Shown here: piece after piece, positions 39,661 through 52,070 of the stretch
How the letters are laid out: every line of letters starts with the position of its first letter
Numbering within the stretch: the stretch's first letter is position 1
Assembly (NCBI RefSeq): GCF_001194135.2
Contig: NC_068982.1
Location: forward strand, 90,067,301 to 90,131,300
DNA from: Octopus bimaculoides
Taxonomy: Eukaryota
Direction: 5' to 3'
DNA length: 64,000 nt
Program-made: the position numbers and the translations under genes
The notes under the pieces: generated by a model
Told to the model about the DNA's origin: nothing
The model's input: the letters and a program-made list of their open reading frames with translations, nothing else
Databases searched by the model: none

Positions 39661-40975
39661 AGGTGAACAGGTATCAAAATAAATACAAGGACATTTATGA
39701 GGCGTAGAATTTCGCGGAATGCCGAGCAGAAAGATGTGGCGATGTTCAGTTCAAGAGGAAAGGAGAAATAGAGAACGCAGTACAAAGATGTAGACAATTT
39801 TATTTAAAAGCTGCCATAACCGCCGGTTTCCATTACAATTGCCAGTTTCACCGTCAATCGGCTTATCCGGAAAATGATATTAATCCATCTTAATGCTCTT
39901 AATGTTGAGTTTAAAATGAAGAAGTAATATATATCAAATAATTCTTGAAGTATCAGCGATACGTCTATGTTTGCGCCGTATTCTTTTATTCTTTAATTTT
40001 TTCAGACATTTGACTGCGGCCATATAAAAAAAAAGTATCTTTTTCAGTTCAAGTACCTAAATCCATATTAATGCACGCATATTCACTTCTATCGTCTCGT
40101 ATGTAATATACTATATATCACTAACTTATGAAATCATTCAAAGTGAAGATATTTCAAAACTTTTAAACTCTATCTTAAATATGCCTCTGTTTTAAACATC
40201 AGTTTTGATAAAATATGGCTATTTGTCTATGATATTAATTTTAAGAAACAAGACCAGTTGAAAGGAAAGAGACTGTTTTCTGCCACATCACCTTTCACTA
40301 AGATAGATATTTACATAGGTAGATAAGTAGATAGATAGATAAATAGATAAATAGGTTGATAGAGAGAAGGAGAGAGTGGGGGAGAGAGATAGGCAATTTG
40401 GCAGAGGCATTAAAGAGTAAGAGAATCAGATATATGAATGTAATAATCATTACGACTTTCAGCGCTCTAAGTTCAAATTCCACCAAAGGGGAAGTCGCTT
40501 CTCATTCTTAAAGGTACCAACCCAGTCTTTCTCTTTCTCTCTATCTCTCTCCCCCCTCTCTCTCTCTCTCTCTCTCACTTACTCACACACGCACATACAC
40601 ACTCACACACCCGCGCGCACACAGTGGAAGCAGCAGGCTTTGGTAAGAGAGCGAGAGAGAGATTAGCGAGCTACGTTTAATAATATCGTCGAAGAGACGG
40701 CATGTGGTACGAAAGTAAAACACACACACATACACACATACATACTTATATCTATATGTGTGCGTGTTCGGCTATGTTTTCAAAATACAACTCATCATAT
40801 TGACATCATTAAAGTCAAGGTCATCACATCTGTTTCAGACATTCTTAAAATAAAATGCTATGAACGTAAATCGGATCTTCATACATGAAACCATTTAGCG
40901 TATAATCATATGTATGCACATGCAATTATGTACTTTTATTTACACACACACACACACACACAGTCACACACACAC

Positions 40976-41016
<41 letters not shown>

Positions 41017-41335
41017 CACACGCACTTACACATACACGTGATTTTTTTTTCATTTTTCAGCCTTCCCCTTTTCCCTTTTTCCCTTTTTCTTTTCCAACAA
41101 AGAGCTATGCTCGAAACGTCAAAAGCTCTCGGTATNNNNNNNNNNNNNNNNNNNNNNNNNNNNNNNNNNNNNNNNNNNNNNNNNNNNNNNNNNNNNNNNN
41201 NNNNNNNNNNNNNNNNNNNNNNNNNNNNNNNNNNNNNNNNNNNNNNNNNNNNNNNNNNNNNNNNNNNNNNNNNNNNNNNNNNNNNNNNNNNNNNNNNNNN
41301 NNNNNNNNNNNNNNNNNNNNNNNNNNNNNNNNNNN

Positions 41336-41376
<41 letters not shown>

Positions 41377-41407
41377 AACATGCATATATATATATATATG
41401 TGTGTCA

Positions 41408-41590
41408 GGTCACTCTTGAGTGCTACTGGTAACATGTAATCCAGTACAACCTGTCGCTTGGTCGGGTCGTCGGCGACTAAACTGGCAACTCTACCAGGCT
41501 TACTTGGTGAGGAAGGTGTTGTTGGACACCATCCGGAATGAAAAATAAGGCCCGTGAAAGGACAGAGGAACTCCTGAACAGTCAACAGCC
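41408..41590 (+). mobile_element. Probable RTE LINE 5'UTR fragment
   Basis: 'gagtgctactggtaacatgta..ccagtacaacc...gtcgggtcgtcggcgactaaactggcaac...ggtgaggaaggtgttgttggacacc' recognised from memory as an octopus RTE 5' leader; no ORF follows. Confidence 0.5.
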
Positions 41591-41840
41591 ATCCAACAAA
41601 ATATCTGTAAATATGTATATATCTTTTTTCTTCATATATGTATATATATGTAAATTTTTTATTTATATATATATATATTATTTATATCTAAATCTTACTT
41701 TATATTTTACAATTGCATATCTTGTACTTTTTTTTATATTTTTATATATTATTTATATTTAAATCTTATTTAATTCTTATTCATCTTCATCGTTATTCCA
41801 TGCTCTAAGTTTAAGTAACTCAATTTCTATTTTCATTTTC

Positions 41841-42068
41841 TCTAGCGCTAATTTCTCCCTAAGTTGTCTTTATTGTTTGGGCTCTTCTGGGATTGATTTG
41901 ATTTGTAGTTTATTTTTCTTTTGGAATTTGATAAAAAAATAATAATAAAGCAGAAATATATGAAACATTGATGAACTCAACACCATTAATTCTGCCGCGT
42001 AAACTACAAATCAAACCAATAGCAAAGGAGCCCGAACAACAAAGACAACTTAGGGAGGTATTAGCTAG
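41841..42068. repeat. ~70-bp inverted repeat pair with ~88-bp spacer
   Basis: ctagcgctaatttctccctaagttgtctttattgtttgggctc...gatttgtagttta pairs with taaactacaaatc...gagcccgaacaacaaagacaacttagggaggtattagctag. Confidence 0.8.
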
Positions 42069-42435
42069 ATAAAGTTGATGGGGGTTTGACGTTTAGACTG
42101 TAAGTTGCAAATCAACAAAGGGAGGTAACCTGTGGAGAGAAGGCTATTTCAAGTCGTTTTGACGTGACTGGAGCAAGAATTGCGCATAGTGGATGAAATG
42201 GATTTTTGGAGATGTAATTACAAAATAAACGACAATAGAAAGACAGACTTGTGTGTTGAGTAGCCATGGTATGAAGAATGTTGGTCTATTTGTATTGGAA
42301 TAAGTACAGAAGTTTTCACACATGGCTAGTGTGTATATATATTCGCGAGGCGAGATTTAATTCGCACAAGCATACTCGCATATGTTCCCACATATGTAAA
42401 TACATACATAAATACGCACACACACACATCAATTT

Positions 42436-42493
<58 letters not shown>

Positions 42494-43270
42494 NNNNNNN
42501 NNNNNNNNNNNNNNNNNNNNNNNNNNNNNNNNNNNNNNNNNNNNNNNNNNNNNNNNNNNNNNNNNNNNNNNNNNNNNNNNNNNNNNNNNNNNNNNNNNNN
42601 NNNNNNNNNNNNNNNNNNNNNNNNNNNNNNNNNNNNNNNNNNNNNNNNNNNNNNNNNNNNNNNNNNNNNNNNNNNNNNNNNNNNNNNNNNNNNNNNNNNN
42701 NNNNNNNNNNNNNNNNNNNNNNNNNNNNNNNNNNNNNNNNNNNNNNNNNNNNNNNNNNNNNNNNNNNNNNNNNNNNNNNNNNNNNNNNNNNNNNNNNNNN
42801 NNNNNNNNNNNNNNNNNNNNNNNNNNNNNNNNNNNNNNNNNNNNNNNNNNNNNNNNNNNNNNNNNNNNNNNNNNNNNNNNNNNNNNNNNNNNNNNNNNNN
42901 NNNNNNNNNNNNNNNNNNNNNNNNNNNNNNNNNNNNNNNNNNNNNNNNNNNNNNNNNNNNNNNNNNNNNNNNNNNNNNNNNNNNNNNNNNNNNNNNNNNN
43001 NNNNNNNNNNNNNNNNNNNNNNNNNNNNNNNNNNNNNNNNNNNNNNNNNNNNNNNNNNNNNNNNNNNNNNNNNNNNNNNNNNNNNNNNNNNNNNNNNNNN
43101 NNNNNNNNNNNNNNNNNNNNNNNNNNNNNNNNNNNNNNNNNNNNNNNNNNNNNNNNNNNNNNNNNNNNNNNNNNNNNNNNNNNNNNNNNNNNNNNNNNNN
43201 NNNNNNNNNNNNNNNNNNNNNNNNNNNNNNNNNNNNNNNNNNNNNNNNNNNNNNNNNNNNNNNNNNNNNN
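42494..43270. other. Assembly gap flanked by (TA)n (largest of many; others at ~7886, 11804, 25333, 27711, 41136, 50123, 50839, 52204, 53982, 58241)
   Basis: N-runs; ORFs spanning them are artefacts. Confidence 0.99.
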
Positions 43271-43311
<41 letters not shown>

Positions 43312-44132
43312 TACATATATATATTTATGTATACATACATGTATATATAATATATATATGTATATGTATGTATGTATGTATGTATGTATACATGCGCACA
43401 CACACACAAAGCGAGAGAGAGAGAAAACATATGTGTGTACTTGAGTGATTCTATGTATATATGCATGTTTATTGCAAGTATGTGGTTATAAAAGGACGTG
43501 TGAATGTATACCTACATATATCATTTAAACTTTTAGGAAATGTATATTGGAAGGTTAATTCTAGATGAAATATGTACCGCTACATTTTGAACTACAGATA
43601 AAAAGAACTAGCCTGTGATGTATTGGTTAGCAATTTTCCTTTGCATGAGCAGGAAAATTCATGGTTGATTCTAGTCAGTACATTAGCAGCTATTTTTAGT
43701 TTTGAATTGCTTTATTTCAGGTAAGTTATATAACATATCCTACACTTCACAGTAACAACAATACAATGCACACATACATACATACATACATACATTCATT
43801 CATTCATACGTATGTATGTATGTAAGTATGTATGTATGCATGTTATGCATGTATGTATGTATATACATAGGTATATGTATGCGTGTGTGTATATTAAGCA
43901 ATACAGCGAACATAAGTAGAAAGGACCTATATAAATTTAGACATTTTGAAACTTTACTGTGAGTTAAATAAGAATGTAAAAACATTCTTCATGTACTATC
44001 GATAGGTGAGCAAAGTAGGTTCACGACGGAACGTTTCATGGTCTATTAATCACTTCTCGGGGAGGACGACGTACCTGGTCTCGTTTCTCGACGGAGTGCA
44101 CCGGCTGATCATGTATATATATATATATATAT

Positions 44133-44176
<44 letters not shown>

Positions 44177-45268
44177 GAAGAGAGAGAGAGGGAGAGACAT
44201 TATATGCACATCATATATAAACATATATATATATGTATATATATAAACATATGCTTATACCTATATACACTCGCACAAACACAACGCATACATGCATGCA
44301 AACACACGTGCGCGCACGCGCACAAACACACACATGCACACACCACAAAATACCAGTTTTTTTCGGTGCATGGCATAATATATTATATACTTCAACATTC
44401 ACTTATGAAATTATCTATTACATTCACACAACTGACTTTAGCTTGTTTTCCGAACTTTATACAACAGTAGTAGGACCGTTTTCAAAATATTAGATAGACT
44501 GATTTGAAATGTGCATGTGAATGAATACGATTTGCACTGCAAATACCTTTATGCGTTAAATGGAACTTGAAAATCTTTTCTGATTTTCATTGGTTTCTGT
44601 ACACTAGCAATATCACCTATATATTTTGCATTAATATATTATTATGAATAGCTTATTCCCATGACATGTAAATTTGAAATATTTAAGTGAAGCGACAAAG
44701 CGACATGCAGCTTTATCTATACCTAATTTTAAGAGTGGAAACAGGCCCTCTGTCATATCTCATGCTGCCAAATTTATGGTAAGTGGGCGAATAAATTTAT
44801 TTTTGCACATGAGCCGATTTCTCGCCATTCTACCAGGCTTTTACAAAGAAGAAATTTACATCGCCTATCATTTCTTTCTGTAAAGTACAGGAATTGTAGA
44901 AGTTTATTTTTTTCTTCCGCCTCTGGCTGTCTTTTGAATCGCACACTTGAAATGCAATACTTGGAGGGCTGTTGTGTATTACACTTAGTATTGGTATCAA
45001 CGTTCGTTTCTCAATCAAATTATCACATCTGTATGATTTTAGATGTTGTTTTGGGGCGCGGAGAAGGACTATATACATTGCTCGTAGCGCTGTCGATTCA
45101 CGTGGTTGGTGTCTGTTATGTGGTCGATTCACGTGGTCAATATTACGTAAACGGAATGTATTTTGTTTTGTATCTTGAAAATAAACTTTAACTGTGCGTC
45201 AAAGCCACTGGCTATTTGTGACATCACTGCCTGAATAGACTCTGATATTCCATATATTGTTGACAGGT

Positions 45269-45480
45269 GACAGAATAAAAGAAGCTCTAGCGATCAATAT
45301 ATATATTGATCGCTAGAGCTTTTTATTCTGTCTATGTTTATTTTCTCGTGTTCCTTTCTGTTGAAGAGTGTAGGCTCGAAACGTAAAAGAGTTTCTCACC
45401 TTCCCGAATGCTAAACTAATACACTTGTTTGTTGTTGACACACCTGTCTCTGTCTTCTGTTTTTGTTTTGTAAATTCCAA
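45269..45480 (+). mobile_element. Short repeat, probably a Penelope pLTR derivative, with a 5' palindrome and hammerhead-like motif
   Basis: Palindrome 45269-45332; ttgaagagtgtaggctcgaaacgta at 45361-45385; related copies at ~45560-45700 and ~41050-41135. Confidence 0.6.
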
Positions 45481-45559
45481 CTATATATATGTGTGTGTGT
45501 GTGTATTCGCCATGTTGGGCCACTGAACTCAACACGTTTTTCTTTTCATTATCTCTCTA

Positions 45560-45700
45560 TTTATTTCCTCTTCCTCCTATCTATCGAAGAGCGTACGCTT
45601 GAAACGTTAAAGACCTTTCCATTTTTCCCGATGTGTTAACTAAAAAACTTGCTTCTTGTTCCTACACCTGCCTTCGTCTTTGTTTTTCTGTAAATTTGAA
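45560..45700 (+). mobile_element. Second diverged copy of the pLTR-like repeat
   Basis: tcgaagagcgtacgcttgaaacgttaaagacctttcc...ttcccga...aactaa...acacctg.cttcgtc parallels 45361-45480. Confidence 0.65.
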
Positions 45701-45723
45701 CTATTTTGTATATATATATTTAT

Positions 45724-45850
45724 AGGGGCAGGAGTGGCTGTGTGGTAAGTAACTTGCGTGGCACCTTGGGCAAGTATCTTCTACTATAGCCTTGGGCCGA
45801 CCAAAGCCTTGTGAGTGGATTTGGTAGACGGAAACTGAAAGAAACCCGTC
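45724..45850 (+). mobile_element. tRNA-headed SINE 5' half with an internal deletion
   Basis: ggggcaggagtggctgtgtggtaag...gggccgaccaaagccttgtgagtggatttggtagacggaaactgaaagaa. Confidence 0.85.
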
Positions 45851-46050
45851 GTATATATATATATATTTAATTATATGTATTTCTTCTATCTTAATGAATA
45901 AAAATTCTTCGGATAGAATAAATGGGTTAATTGAAACCAATGTAGCAAAGAACACAAAATAACTGTGGTGTAGTTTCTGTTTTTAAGGCAGGAACTCCTT
46001 GAAATTTTTGGTATTTGAGTATATTTAAAAATTTAAGGAATGGACAAAAC

Positions 46051-46257
46051 GCATGTTATAATTGTATACTTTATTCCTACATATGTTTCAAAGGATTACA
46101 ACCTGTGTGATCCATAGGGATCTGTGATATTAAAATTGTAACCTTCTCCTAACCATGAAGAGAAGGTTACAATTTTAATATCACAGATCCTTATGGATCA
46201 CATAGGTTGTAATCCTTTGAAACATATGTAGGAATAAAGTATGCAATTATAACATGC
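46051..46257. repeat. 98-bp near-perfect inverted repeat (11-nt loop) containing a type I hammerhead-like motif
   Basis: Arms 46051-46148 and 46160-46257 differ at three positions; + strand ATGAAGA (46155-46161), stem II, GAAAC-ATAT-GTA (46219-46230). Confidence 0.85.
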
Positions 46258-46275
46258 CTTTTCTCCATTCCTTAA

Positions 46276-46352
<77 letters not shown>

Positions 46353-46369
46353 TATGTGTATGTATATGC

Positions 46370-46560
46370 TTGTGTGTCTGTGTTTGTCCCCCAACATCCC
46401 GATGCTGATGTGTTTACGTCCCCGCAATCTAGCGGTTCGGCAAAAAAGATACCGATAGAATAAGTATTAGGCTTAGAAAGACTAAGTCCTGCGGTCGATG
46501 TCTTCGACTAAAGGCGGTGATACAGTATGGCCGTAGTCAAATGAATGTAACAAGTAAAAT
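46370..46560 (+). mobile_element. SINE 3' half
   Basis: gtgtttacgtccccgcaatctagcggttcggcaaaaaagataccgatagaataagta...gactaaaggcggtg...tatggccgtagtcaaatga. Confidence 0.8.
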
Positions 46561-47162
46561 AAAATAAGCCTGATTGAACGATGTCTATGTGGTAGACCTG
46601 AAGTTATAATTTGTGTTGGTTGAAGTTTTTTCTTATGAGCAGACAAGGCTGTTTCTTTTAGGGTGGAGTTGTGCTAGTGTAGAGGTCATAAAATTTCTCT
46701 TTGAGTATATTGTATATGTATTAAGTCCTATATCCTGAGCATATCAAGTGAAATCTTTTACACAAAGATATATGTAAACAAAACTATAAATCAAGCTATT
46801 AACAAAGTGTGTGTGTATCTGTGTGTATGTGTGTGTGTGTGTGTATGTGTGTGTGTGTGCGTGTGTGTGTGTACGTGCGTGCGTATGTCTGTGAAAGAGA
46901 GTGTGTTTGGAATGTAGTGAATAAATTTTTATGCCTGAATTGGAAACATATATTTGACAGAGTAATTGACTTAGAAAGATCACAACAATTTTTTTTTCCT
47001 TGTTTGAGTTCTTTTTGTTTTTCATTTCTATCTCAGTGAATAGTTGTGTTAACACTACTATTGATTACACTTCCGAAATAACTCTTCGCATCACACTTCA
47101 AAAATATATGACCCACCACCGCTGAGTTAGTTCTCCAAAACCGAAACAGCAATGTATGTGTG

Positions 47163-47222
<60 letters not shown>

Positions 47223-47584
47223 AAGAAAAGAGAGAGAGCACACAGACACACACTATATATGTATCTATGCATCTATGTATCTGTCTACTTTTCTACTTGT
47301 TACTCACCCAGCATTATGCATGGAAACATACATACAAAAATACATGCATCATCCATACATACGTGTGTGTGTGTGTGTGGAGTTCGAATCAAAACAGTCT
47401 CACATTAAACTCAATACTTATTACAGAGTATATTTTCATTATACTTTTACAAGATACAGGACTGTATGTATATATATCTGCCTCTATATGTGCATGAGTG
47501 AGTGTGTGTGCGTGCGCGCGCTTGTGTATACACATACATGCCATATTATTTGCAAAACCTTTTATTCTTTTATATGTTCAAGTT

Positions 47585-47945
47585 ATTTGACTGCGGCCAT
47601 ACTGGTGCACTGCCTTTAGTCGAAGAAATCCACCCCAGGATTTATTCTTTTAATAAGCCTAGTGCTTATTCTATCGGTCTCTTTGCCGAACCGCTAAGTT
47701 GCCGGGACGTAAACAGACCAACATCAGTTGTCAAGCGATGGCGGCGGGACAAACACACACACATACACATAAATATATATATATATATATACGATAGGCT
47801 TCTTTCAGTTTCCCTCTACCAAATCCACAAGGCCTTGGTCTGCCCGAGGCTATAGCAGAAGAGTATTGCCCAAGGTGCCACGCAGTGGGACTGAACCCAG
47901 GATCATGTAGTTGAGAAGCAATCTTCTTACCACATAGCCACGCCT
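47585..47945 (-). mobile_element. Near full-length tRNA-headed SINE
   Basis: Reverse complement of the 30263-30603 family, including head (gtggctatgtggtaagaag...gggttcagtcccactgcgtggcaccttgggcaa) and tail. Confidence 0.85.
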
Positions 47946-49599
47946 GCGAACGCAAATATTACCTGTTATTATACTGAATGCTTGGGATACAATACAAAAG
48001 TATGTTTTTTATGTAAAATTAAACGCTACTAGAGTTTCATCCAGAGGATGAGGACATATGTACTAAGTAAAAGAATAGCAGTTATATATAAGATATGCGA
48101 ATTTTAAGCGAAATGTTTTGGCGTTTAATGAGGAAGGGAGGATTTTTTACTTGTTTCAATCATTTGACTGCAGCCATGCTGGAGCATCACCTTGAAGTGT
48201 TTTAGTCAAACAAATCAACCGCAGGTCTTCTTTTTTTTTTTTTTTAGCCTAATACTTATTTTATCAATCTCCGAATGCGAACTCTGTAGTACTGAAAAAT
48301 TAAACATTATACAATCAACAGATAACATCCTAAACATTACTTTGCATGCATAAGTAATTTTTACATTCAAATATTTCAAAGAAGAGCCACTATCTGCAAC
48401 TGTAATTCCACCAGGATAGCCTCTTTCCTAAACGTGAAATCTCAACACACATAACAAACAAAATCCACTCACAGCAGAAATATGCCCGAATGACGAACTA
48501 CCTCAGCACACAAGAAGAACATCATGCCCAGAACAAAAGACAAATTAATGCAAACAAATTGGCTACACAACAATTTGACCAAAAGATAAATCCAAAGACA
48601 GACAATCATCCAAAAGACGCCCCCCAGGGATAATGTCCCTTGACTCATTGATTCATTGTTTTATTCACGTGAATTCACGAGAATTCACGAGGCTATGTCT
48701 TCCAAAGTGGATGCAAACACCTTCCTCCATGTGATTGGCTGGAAAAATTGCTAAGACACTAGGATATTTTCCCAATAGTAGCTTTAATTCACAGTTAAAG
48801 AAATTATATATCCACCAATGCGGTGTCCAGTACTCCTTTTCATCGTTCGACATTATGTGTGTGTATATATATATATATATATATTAATATCTTGGACTAA
48901 TGGGAATATGTCGATTAGTGTTGAGTAGAGTACTGGCCCAGTTTGAACTACCTCGTGACATCTGCAGTCGGAGTATATTACCGTTGGATCTACTTTAGGA
49001 ACTTCGACCGAGATTGAATGTATGGCTGGGTTAGCGTACGTCCCTTATGTGAGAGCATGTACGAGCGAGAGTGTGTGTGCGTAAGTGTGTATATACATCC
49101 TAATCTTGGTTGTTTAGCTAGCTAGCTAAACGACCTTTCGCCATTAAACACCACTCATTCATTAACCACCACTCATTCATTAACTACCACTCCAACACTC
49201 TATCATCAGCAATTATTTGTCTGTATTTGCAAATGTTTGCAACTCATAGTAATTAAAAATTCTAGCGATGTTTCATTCCATAACCAGACAGGTTATTGAG
49301 ATTCAGTAGGATATATAATATTATATACCCTATTGAATCTAAATTTCTCTGAACGGGGGAAACTTGCAAGCCACTATATTATTACTTTATTAATACTATT
49401 AATAACGATATTAATACTACTTTATATATATATATATATGGCGCAAAATTGTAATGATTTTTGGGACGTTGACCGGTGAGGAATAAGCTGCAAATTTTCT
49501 GTTTATGTTTTTGTAATATTTCCGTCTATTGCGTTTTGTTAAATTTTTGATACATACATACATACATACATACATACATACATACATGCATTATTGTAT

Positions 49600-50107
49600 T
49601 GTGACCTCCTTCGGTCATGAATGACTATGGGATTGCACCTAGAAAGTTACCCTCCGAGGCACAAGTCTGGGCAAGGTTGTTTATGGAAGACCAGCTGTCG
49701 TCCATGCATATCAGCCTCCCCTCTCCACGTCACCAATTTTATCCAAAGGAAAGGCTAGTGGCTGAGAACTCCACAGACACGTGCAAGAGGCTAAGTATTT
49801 GCTAAGTCTGTACTGGCTTAGTCTGTACTTGCACAGAGACGTGCAAGTATACGTGTCCACAGACACGTGTACCCTTAACATAGTTCTCGGGGAGATTCAG
49901 TGTGACACAGAGTATGCTGGCCCTTTGAAATACAAGTACAAAGAAGGAGTCTGAGAAATTTGTGGTGATAGAGTACTGCTGGGTTCACCCTCCCCCACTT
50001 GCCGAAGCCTCGTGGAGTCTAGGTGTTTTCGCTCAGTCTGGGAATCGAAACTGCGATCGTATGACCGCAAGTCCGCTGCCCTAACCACCGGGCCATTGCG
50101 CCTCCAC
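49600..50107 (-). mobile_element. ~500-bp tRNA-derived SINE
   Basis: Minus-strand A box tggcccggtggttagg and B box gtttcgattcc; body shared with 29340-29590; small internal duplication of acacgtgtctgtgga. Confidence 0.85.
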
Positions 50108-51789
50108 ACATACATGCATATANNNNNNNNNNNNNNNNNNNNNNNNNNNNNNNNNNNNNNNNNNNNNNNNNNNNNNNNNNNNNNNNNNNNNNNNNNNNNN
50201 NNNNNNNNNNNNNNNNNNNNNNNNNNNNNNNNNNNNNNNNNNNNNNNNNNNNNNNNNNNNNNNNNNNNNNNNNNNNNTATATATATATATATATGTATGT
50301 ATGTATGTGTGTGTGTGTATGTAGGTATGTATGTATGTATGTATTTATGTATGTATGTATCGGTTAGTGATGAAGACAAGCGATTAGTCAAGACAAGACT
50401 ATTGCTCACAAATTTAACCGATACCTACTGACTCAAGGGTTAGCTACAGCCACCACAGCCGCTGCTGTTTTAACTGGAATTTTGGTAGAATACCTATGTG
50501 AGCACCCAGAACGCATACCTATCCGTTTCGGTTACCTTGACCTAAACTCCTCATATCTTGAATATGTGTGCGTGCGTGTGTGTGTGTGTGTGTGTCTATA
50601 TTCATCTTCCACCACCGCTTGACAACTAGTGTTTACGTCCCCGTAATTTAGAGGTTCGGAAAAAGAGGCCGAAAGAACAAGTACCAGACTTTAAATAAAA
50701 AAAAAAAAATCTGGAAGCGATTCATTCGACTAAAAATTCTTCAAGCGGCGCCACAGCATGGCCACAGTGTAATTACATACATATATACGAGTACATATGT
50801 AGACGCGTGAGATAATTTTGTTTACAAATATTAGTTTTNNNNNNNNNNNNNNNNNNNNNNNNNNNNNNNNNNNNNNNNNNNNNNNNNNNNNNNNNNNNNN
50901 NNNNNNNNNNNNNNNNNNNNNNNNNNNNNNNNNNNNNNNNNNNNNNNNNNNNNNNNNNNNNNNNNNNNNNNNNNNNNNNNNNNNNNNNNNNNNNNNNNNN
51001 NNNNNNNNNNNNNNNNNNNNNNNNNNNNNNNNNNNNNNNNNNNNNNNNNNNNNNNNNNNNNNNNNNNNNNNNNNNNNNNNNNNNNNNNNNNNNNNNNNNN
51101 NNNNNNNNNNNNNNNNNNNNNNNNNNNNNNNNNNNNNNNNNNNNNNNNNNNNNNNNNNNNNNNNNNNNNNNNTATATTACTCTATATACAATATATATAT
51201 GCATAACATGTACTTTTGCACATGCAGTCGTACATGTGTGTGTGTGTGTGTGTGTGCGTGCGTATACCATGACTTTATTCTTAAACTCATTCTAAATAAA
51301 GTTTTATAAAATTCATACTTGCTCTGTAATAGTGATAGTCATTATGTATGGTTCAATGAGCAGGTTTTTAAGTGGGTTTTTGTTTATGATTGCTTTAGTG
51401 TTAAGAGATATAGTAGCTGATTTTGATTTATAAACGTATATATATTTATATTTATAATCAGTGCATGTTTCAGCAGATGTCCATTAATAAAGACTAGCGT
51501 GCAGACGGACCTTAATAATGAAATACAGCAGTGAACACACAATGTTACATGTGATTATTTGTAGATATCAACGTCTGCTGACATTTCAAAAGCAGACTGA
51601 CGCAACTCATTATATCGTTTCATTTGTGTGGAAGCTGTCTGTTACTGCCAACTTATTAATGTATTATTATTTTTCACTTAAGATTACAGTATATTAATCG
51701 TTTATAGCAACTAACCATGCCATAAATACCAAAAGGAACAAAAGTTGTTTGATTTTCAAAGTTGGCTGTTGTGGATCAGTCTGTAGGTG

Positions 51790-52070
51790 GACTTAACCAG
51801 CAGAAAGATCCTCGAGATATTGAGATTTCTCTGCCCATAGTCAACATAGTGATTGCATAATTCACCAGCAAAGAAAAAGAATCAATTGCATCCTGGTCCA
51901 CTGACAAGTGTACCTGTCGAGCGGATTGTTAAAAACGTTCGTGGTGAGGTTGCTGAGACGTTGTAGTGTAACTCCAAGTGAGTAGGAATACTTCTATGAG
52001 GTATTTCCATCGGCTTGACAACTATGACAGAGAAGATAGATGCCTAACTTTTCTTCAACCAGCAAGTATC
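51790..52070 (-). mobile_element. CR1/Jockey-like LINE 3' relic
   Basis: *FFFFAGELCNH resembles the terminal SFIP.TGKLWNSL motif; heavily degraded. Confidence 0.4.

Noticed and set aside
50030-50107. tRNA gene (also ~29520-29590, 30263-30330, 31140-31200)
   Set aside because: A/B boxes are present but continue into shared SINE bodies; no complete cloverleaf.
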